Shown one piece after another: positions 55,398-64,000 of a stretch of DNA of 64,000 nucleotides. The notes under the pieces were generated by a model. It searched no databases. It was given only the letters and a program-made list of their open reading frames with translations, and was not told the DNA's origin. Origin of the DNA: Schmidtea polychroa (taxonomy: Eukaryota); contig CM097885.1 in assembly GCA_044892525.1 (NCBI GenBank), positions 41,170,001-41,234,000 on the forward strand, in the 5' to 3' direction. Position 1 is the first letter of the stretch, and every line of letters starts with the position of its first letter. The translations under genes and the position numbers were made by a program.

Positions 55398-58300
55398 TTT
55401 TGATAACGATATTATATTTTATGTATGAATTTGTTGCCAAAAACTACTAATATTCATCATTTATCCGGTGTTTAGATTTTATTAAAACAAATATATTATC
55501 AGAACTTTTCTTTAAAAGTTATAATTATTAAATTTAAATTAACGAAAAAAGTTATTAATTAATATTTTTTATTTTATTGATTATTTTGAAATTGAAGTAT
55601 TTATAAGCCATCATATTAGAAAGAGAAAATGTCTTTTATCTTCATTTCATTTTTATATTATCGATCGATATAAACTAAAATATTGATTGAGATTTAAAAA
55701 AAAAGTAAAGAATAATATTATTTTAAAAAGTTAGAAAAAATTTAAAATACTTCTAATGAGACTCTAATTAACAGAAAATGAAACATTTTCCATATAAATC
55801 CAAATTAAATAATTGATTCTAATTTTTCTCAATTAGCATTGAAACAAAGAAAAAGTTCCAATTTAATTTATTATTAATTTTTAAAAAAATCTTTAATTAT
55901 TCAATTTATTTCATTTACATATTTTTCAACATAACTTATACAAAGTTCATCTTATAATTTAAAAGAAACCACAAAATTTGTTTTATTTAACTCTAAAATA
56001 AGATTAATTAATAAATTTACATCAAAGAACTTATGATGCCATTCAATTTAGAATTTATGACATTCCACTATAAATTTTCTGCGATTAAAATGACAAATTT
56101 AGAAAGAAAGATAAAAATGAATTTTGTGGACTATTTTATAATTATAGAATATTAATATATTTTTTTGAATTTTATATTAAATTTATATATGAAATTATAT
56201 ATTATATTATTTGTTTGAATTATATATTAATTTATATATTAAATTATTTTATTGAATTATTATAAATTAAATTTTTATTATCAGAAGAAAATTTATATGT
56301 TAATTATCAAAAAGGTTAACTGTATTTGAATCACTTTTATCTTACTAATTTTGTTTAATTAGGATGAACATTTGTCCCGCAATTTTGGGTCATTGTTACA
56401 CATAATTACATCTATTAAATGTTTTATCTTTATGTAAACTGCCAATTTCTCTATTAATTTTATTTATATTTCCTAGAGTTCAGCATTCTACATTTGATGG
56501 CAGTGAAAACCTGTAACATATGCAATATTTTTAACACAAGACGTATAGAGGTTAGTAAAAGACTCATTTATGTCGTAATACCATTTAAAGCATGAAGATG
56601 GAAATGTTTAAAATGCAAGGAAGTACACCATCTTTATCTTTGTCAAAGGAAAATACAATTTTTCGAATTTGTGAAACTACCTTAAATCAGTTATATTATT
56701 AAAATTTTGCCGAAATCAGAAGCATTTAATCTCATTTTGCTAACATACTTTTATAACAAAATTATATGTTAAATTGTACAAAATATTATAATATTTGAAA
56801 CAGCATTCAGTTTTATATGAAGCCTTTCAGACTTTTTATTGTTACATTCCTGAACAATTCAAAAGAAACAATGATATATATTTCTTAACAATGGATCTTT
56901 AGAATAGCAAATCACTTCCAATTTGGCAATACTTTCTTAAAGATCTCTTAAAGATATCAATAAAATTTTTTTAATCTTATTACATTAAAAATATTTTAAA
57001 TAATTTGTTTAAATGACGGCGGTAATAAATAAAAACAATCAAAATCCTTAAGAATTTTAGACAACATACTCAAGACAGATTATCGTACCTCTGAAGGTCA
57101 AATTGTAAGTTTTACTAGGATATTATTTAGACAAATTTTGTAATGAGTAACAATAAAAAAACCAGTAAGTTAGGGAAAATTAAAAGATTATTTAAAAGTC
57201 ATATATGTGTAGAGAAAGAAATAAAAACGATCAGGTAATTATATGACATTTGTCATAATCCTACGATTGTGGATATTTATCATTTTATTAACATTTACTG
57301 GCAATGAAAACAATTTTTTTGTATTTAGTTGAGATAATAATGTTTGTTTAATGAAATTCTGAAAAAATTTTACGAGAATAATATTTTTATGATTGTAAAT
57401 TTTGTGGTAATGAAACATTTATTTTAAATTTGTTTATATTTATTGTTTAATAAATTTTATATATTAAAATATAGTTTATCTGTATATAAATACAAAAATA
57501 TTCATAAAAATTTATTTGTCATTAAAGAAGCTAGTAAAACTATTGAAGATATACAATGAAATCATATATAAAAAGATGTTAGTAAAGTGTTTAAATGTTT
57601 AAAAATAAAAGGTTTGAGAGTGTGACTTTTCCTGAGGGCCCAAAAAATAAATTAATAATAATTTTATTCAATTTAAAAAGTTTATTCATTAATCTATTTG
57701 TGAATTCTAGTATACATATGTACCACTTAGTTTTATGTCTGGAATAAACGCTTTGAATTGGGTTACATTTGGTTTATATGCGTAGCATTTAATTTTCTAA
57801 TGCAAATATGAGACAATAATTTCGATATCTTCTAACAAGAGTATGATTAAAAATTTAAATTTTAATTCATTTAATTATAAAAGTTTGGTAAAAGATTTTA
57901 AATTAATTAACCTCTCGTTCTTTTTGTTGTGAATTTAAAATTTTTTATTTTCCTATTAATTTTTATTTTGGTACTAATTTTTTTATCAGTTTAACTTTTA
58001 AAATTCTACTTTTGTATTTTAAATTAGTAAATAAGAAATCCTTTATTTTTGTACTACTTTGATCTGTTTTGGTTTTCTTTTACATTTCGTTTATTTTTAA
58101 CATGAAATTTTTTTTTACTTAAGAAAAAAAAGTTCATATATTTGCGTTATGAAAATTAATGAAATGTTAAAGGGAAACAAATTTCTACCTTTTTCGGTTT
58201 TTATCCGTTTTAACGTCTTCTATATTTTTAACTCTGGCAAAATCAATTAAATTAGCTATAATTAAATAGTCCTTAATCTGTCTGTGTAGTATTGTTTTCA

Positions 58301-58549
58301 AAACTTTATATGACTTTATATAAACAAATTAATGTAATAATAATAATAATAACAATAATATTAATATTATCATTATTATTATAATTATAATTATAATTAT
58401 AAATTTAAAATTTAAAAAAGTATTTTAAACCTTATTTGAAATTTTTTGAAAATTAGAATAGTTTTAATTTTAATTTAATTTTTTAAATGTTATTTTTAAT
58501 ATTTTTAAAAATATTTCAATACAATAGAGTTGTTAGAAATTTATTTCAC

Positions 58550-60862
58550 CTGGACTTTAAGTTCATAAATCCCAATGCTGAGTTGAGATTTCAAATATAA
58601 ATATCCATGTTCAGGGGAAAGAAAGTAGGTGTCTTCTATTGTTTTTTTGTCATTGTCATTATTAATTATTTGATAAGTGAGATTATTATTTTTATTGCTG
58701 TCATAATCATGAGCATGTAGTTTGAAAATAGGTCTTTCCCCGTCTGGCTGTCCGGTGATGTTCAGCTGGAAACCGGTGAGAGTATTCGGAGAAATCCAGA
58801 CTGGTGGATTGTCATTGATGTCAATTATGTTGATGATGATGTTGTACTTATTTGACAATTTCGGTACCCCATTATCCTTTAAAATCAATTTAAATTCGTA
58901 TCTATCTGCTGTCTCATAGTCGAACCTGAATGAAGGACGAAAAGTGATTTCACCTGTGCTCGGATCGATTTTAAAGGATTTATTATTGAAAGATGGAAAG
59001 TTGTTTTTATATTCCATAATTGAGTGGATTTCGTAGCGAATAGTTCCATTTTCATTTAGATCTGGATCAAAACCTTTTAGGGTCGTGATGAAATTTGGGG
59101 AAATCATAGAATTTTCTTCGAAAGAAATTTGAGTTTTATTAACAAGAACTGGAATGTTATCATTTATATCGAGAATTCTGATTGTGATTTGCGATGAAGA
59201 TGAAAGACTTTTCTCTAATCCATTGTCGTTAATAATAATGGTAATGTTGACGAAATCTCCCAAGGTCTCTCGGTCTATGTGTTGAAATGTGAACAATTCT
59301 CCGGTTTCAGGATTAATTTTAAACAACGCATTATTTAGTAGTTTAAATGTGATATTACTATAATAATCTCGATCAAATGCCGAAAGCTTCGTGATAAGCA
59401 TTCCCGGCGGAGAGTTTTCGAGGACGCTTTCTGACAAATTGGATTTCGAGAATTCTGGAGTGTATTCGTTTACGTCGGTTATTCTAACATTGAAAGTTAA
59501 CGTAGAGGTTTTCGAATCTCTTCCGAAATCATTGCATTCTATTGTAACGGGAATTAAATGCGTTTTTTCGCAATCAATTTCTAAAATCGTATTTAAAGTG
59601 TAAAAGGTTTTCTGTTTGATTTTGTTAGAAAAAAGCATAACAAAAAACTCGTTTTTATTATTAGCTAATTTGCATTCAACTTGTCCGTTTTCGAATTTAT
59701 CCGGATCTTCAACCATTATCAAACCGATGTAGGTGTTTGGTGCAGAGTTCTCCATGACCGAAAATTCCTTGACCGCTTTATGTGGCAATTGTCTCAATGT
59801 AATTTTCGGGTGATGGTTGTTTTCCGATTGGATGTAGATTTTCAGACTCATTTCATCAAAAAACGGTCCGGATCCAAATTCATCGCGAGCAATTATTTTC
59901 AAAATTAAAAATGCAGATTTTCTCGATTCTAGAGAGTTGATTAAAATTATTTCACCGCTGATCGGATCAATTTGAAAAAACATCATCGTTGACAATTTTA
60001 TTTCGCTGGAAAATTTATATGCGATTTTCCCGAATAAATTAGAGTCGATATCGGTGGCTTTGGCATGATAGATTACTGAATTGATTTTCTGGAATTCTGA
60101 AATTTTAATCGAATCCTCAGATTTAAAAAACTTTGGTTTATTATCATTAACGTCTGTAATTAAAATTTTCAATTTTTGTTGGCCGCATTTTGAAGAATTC
60201 CCACCGTCGCAAGCAATCAAATTTGCATTGAACACCCGGCTGTTTTCGTTGTCATAGTCCAACTCATCAACGACAACCAGATTCAAAGACATCGGTATTT
60301 CGTAAGTAATTGAAAACGCTTTTTCAACTCCCAAAAGTAAATAACTCTGAACGGAATATTGAGCTAGATCATTATCAATAGCCGGCTCCAATGGAAGTGA
60401 ATAAAACTTTTTTTCTGATTCTTTAACGTGAATCGTTATTTCAGACTGACGAAATACCGGCACGTTGTCGTTGATGTCTCGAACGGAAATCGTCACTCGA
60501 AACCAATATTTTGGGGGTAATAATACAAGAAATTTAAAACTACATGATCCACTGAATAGATGCGGTTCACAGACGGTTTCTCTATCTAGTCTGTGGGATT
60601 GGAAAATGTCACCAGTTTTATTGTTTAACGAAAAATAATGACGAATATTATCTTCTGCGTAGAGAATAAACCGTGAAGAATTGAGTTTAACCGGCAATGA
60701 GGAAAAATTAAATTTTGAATCTTTTAAAATATTTCCAATACAATAGAGAACTGGCAGTTCTTCGTCTATTACGTAATTTATTATGATATTCGAGCGAATT
60801 AAAGACTGGTGAATGAGAAAAAGTTTTATTATCCACGGAAACTTGTCAATTGTAATGAACAT
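58550..60862 (-). CDS. Protocadherin exon 1: signal peptide, EC1-EC6 and most of EC7
   Basis: 773-aa ORF with repeated cadherin motifs (LDRE/LDYD/IDRE, DxNDNxP: DINDNVP, DVNDNKP, DVNEYTP, DINDNIP, DINDNPP; AxDxD). Ends at a donor CAG|GTGAAA (GT at 58549-58548), phase 0. Confidence 0.95.
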
Positions 60863-61807
60863 TTACAAAAATATTTTAACCTCTTTTTACACCTTTTTTT
60901 AATTCCGTTGAAATTAATTATTTTATAAATAAAATTTATTAGGATTTTAATTAGATAATATTTACTTAAATAACCAACCAATAGGAATTCAGGTGGATAT
61001 TAATCAATTGGTATTCGCTAATTTTTTGGAGTTGCATATCAATGCCTAATTCCCTGATATCTGTAACAGAATGGGCACTAAATATTTGATAGGTGATGTT
61101 TGCTTTTCTTGGATAAATTCAAAAGCTGTTTACTTTATTAAAATATTTTAATTATTATGCAATTAAAATGCAATGAATTAAAATATTTTTTTATTTAAAA
61201 TTTTTTGAATTATTTAGAGTTAATTTGAAAAGTTTCTAAATTAATATTTATTATTTATTAAATTTATTATTGTTTTAATTAACGGATTTATTCAAATATT
61301 ATTACTATCCAAATGATATAATCAAAAAAATAATTATTTACTGTATTGTAATTTCCTTTTTTATTGAAATTGTTTTTAAAATTCGTCATAACAATTTATG
61401 ATAATAATAATTTTTTAAAACAATTTTTATTAATTTTTTTATATTTGTTTTTATATTTTTATTATAACAACCTTTTCCTAAAAAATTTATTTATGATTAA
61501 ACTGGACAAATAAACAGACAAATCTTTAAATAAGTACAAAATGAAGATCAATTTACAAAAATATTTCTATATTCATCATTTTGATTTTTTAATTTTAATT
61601 TGAGATAATTTTATGCATTACTGAATATTATTTTCAAATAATCAATAAACAATATATAAATTTCTAATATTTTATTGACATTTCAATTATTATATCTTTA
61701 TGTTAAAAGGCATGGAAAGACATTTACGATTGAGTATAAGTCACACCGTGGTATTAGTAGCACTTGCCTAAATTACATAGTTGTCCGAAAACATTATTAT
61801 ATAAGTC

Positions 61808-62022
61808 GGGATCCATCAAAAGGGTCTGGGAAAAAATGGCCCCGTCAAAATGGCCCTGACAAAACGTCCCCGACAAAAAGACCTCGTCAAAAGGGCCTGG
61901 TCAAAAAGGCCTATGACATAAAGGCCCTGACAAAAGAGCTCTTGGCAAAATGGCCTCCGACAAGAGGGTCTCTGATATAAGGGCCCTTGGCAAAAACGAC
62001 CCCTGTCAAAAGGGCCCCAGCC
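61808..62022 (+). repeat. GC-rich array of ~15-bp units (caaaaggccctga-like)
   Basis: About a dozen degenerate units; resembles repeat-built TIR ends of DNA transposons such as MuDR-like elements. Confidence 0.7.
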
Positions 62023-62103
62023 AATAGAACGGCTTAAACACTGAGTAAACAAAAACACACTGTTTCCGGAAGTTTCACGCCCCATCAAAAACTATACACT
62101 TAT

Positions 62104-62340
62104 CCCCATTCGCTCTAGAAAACCCTAAATTCTATTTTACACCGCACCGCCACATATTCTCTTCCTGACCAGCATGATATATCTTTTCTTGCTAACGCAT
62201 TCTGTGAATTCTTCACTGACAAGATTGATCGAATTCATGCAAGATTTACTATTCCGATCTCCCTTGGTCCATATAAAATTCCAACTACTCCCCCGCCAAA
62301 ACCATTCCATAGTACTATATGCACAGTCTAAATCGTTTGT
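62104..62340 (+). pseudogene. L2/CR1-type LINE ORF2 fragment
   Basis: Manual translation L*KTLNSILHR...LPDQHDISFLANAFCEFFTDKIDRIHARF, typical of the EN-RT linker. Confidence 0.65.
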
Positions 62341-62641
62341 AGCCAGAGAAAGGTAGGCACTTACCAGTTGACGCTTAAAAAGAAATGGATGACGTCATCA
62401 AAGCAACGTCACAATGCAATTGGTGTCGTTTTGAAGTCAACATACTTTATGTCACAAATCATAGACACCCTATAAATATGTCACAAATTTCTAACCCCCC
62501 CCTCACCCAGATATTAAGACATTATTTACATGTCTATAAATCATACATGCAAGAAATTTGTATTAATAATAGATTGCGTTCAAAAATAATAACAATAATA
62601 ATAATAATAATAATAATATTAATAATCATAAAAATAATAAT

Positions 62642-62687
<46 letters not shown>

Positions 62688-62719
62688 CAATAAAATGATA
62701 ATTTAAGCCTTTTGCAGCC

Positions 62720-63035
62720 ATCCTCAATTTCAAAACAGCTCTTTGTCGCATTGCGTACCAGATCAAATGGAACAATACAATACTGCATGAAAATGAAAAT
62801 AGCGAAAACCAGCTCCCAGTATACATAAACACAGATAAACTCTATCAACCAAATCCTGATGCAGAATTAGATTCAACACTCTCAAAGGTCTGTCACAAAA
62901 TCATGGAGTTAGTTGAGAAGGAAAGAAGAAAACCATATCTCTCAAACCTAACGAAAGACGAACAGGCAATATTAAAATCCCTTAAAAAGAAACCGTACGT
63001 TTACTTACCAAGTGACAAGGGGGGAGAATTATATA
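62720..63035 (+). pseudogene. Penelope-like element RT N-terminal fragment
   Basis: Stop-free frame ending SNLTKDEQAILKSLKKKPYVYLPSDKGGEL (NLT..E..L..L...DKG motif). Confidence 0.75.
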
Positions 63036-63106
63036 TTTGCAGCAAAAGGCTTAAATTATCATTTTATTGTTTTAAATAATAAATGCTGCTACCAAGCAAT
63101 CATCAT

Positions 63107-63152
<46 letters not shown>

Positions 63153-63539
63153 AAAACTTCTTAAAGCACCGTGTCTAACACTATGTGTCATTCGATGGTA
63201 CTTAAATAACTCTTAATTAATGGATAAGTAATGGTAAGTAAATTCAATTTCCGTACGGAAACGTACAGACGTACGGAAATTGAATTTTTAATTTTTTATA
63301 AATGTGTGTATTTAATAATAATTTAAAAAATCGAATTTTTTTCTGACCTCTTTTACCATATAGGGCCACCATAAATAATGTTGCGTTGGCCACTACAATT
63401 CTTAAGGCGGCCCTGCTGAATTCTCGGTTTCGATCATCACCAGATTCCTTGAGCGGAGCTATGTTGTTATGTTTTTAGCCTTTGGGACGCCCCGATGTCG
63501 TCTTCTCGACGACGAAACTGGCATTAAGCTATAGGCTAC

Positions 63540-63661
<122 letters not shown>

Positions 63662-64000
63662 CGAAACGTCATTATTTTATTATTATTTCTTGCACTACAT
63701 TATTTTAACCTTGCATTAGTAATAATGATCCTGCAAACTCAAGTTGAAATCCAGAAAATCTTTGTTGCACGCATAAATTACTGTATGGGATTTACGTGGT
63801 TAGAAGAAATATTTGTTTGAAAGCAAAATGTAACGGCCTCTAATGTGCGTGAATACTTTTTTACGGAAGGAGAAACAGAGTCAGGATTGCTTACAGGCAT
63901 TTAATAATAGTACGAAATGCCTAATAGTACGTAGTTATAAAGTTGAGTATTATTACCATTCACTAAGATCCAATTCAATTTTCAATCTACGCGGTCCTAT

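Noticed and set aside
61808..62022. CRISPR-like array
   Set aside because: Units are short, degenerate and lack unique spacers; eukaryotic context with no cas genes.
63490..63525. Hammerhead-like stem gtcgtc-ttctc-gacgac-GAAAC
   Set aside because: The CUGAUGA core is absent (cccgat); at best a decayed copy.

Overview
Very AT-rich eukaryotic DNA full of (AAT)n/(TA)n microsatellites. Composition and gene style suggest an invertebrate, possibly a planarian flatworm (inference). One host gene spans almost the whole window on the minus strand: a four-exon, 7-cadherin-repeat protocadherin of about 1026 aa (exons 60862-58550, 12011-11625, 4207-4090, 1594-1332), with phase-consistent GT-AG junctions. 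Its 46.5 kb first intron is packed with mobile DNA. This includes an apparently intact Buster-type hAT transposon (8-bp TSD), a Gypsy element inserted in (TTA)n, solo LTRs, a Ginger-like deletion derivative and a minimal hammerhead ribozyme. It also holds a 7.9 kb AG...CT, 6-bp-TSD, long-TIR Polinton/Maverick-like element carrying an IAP-type RING gene. The most unusual observation is two unrelated intronless host-gene copies (ADF/cofilin-like and RNF115/126-like), each placed behind the same hairpin-forming leader, which suggests an uncharacterised gene-capturing element family. Family assignments come from motif recognition only; no searches were run.
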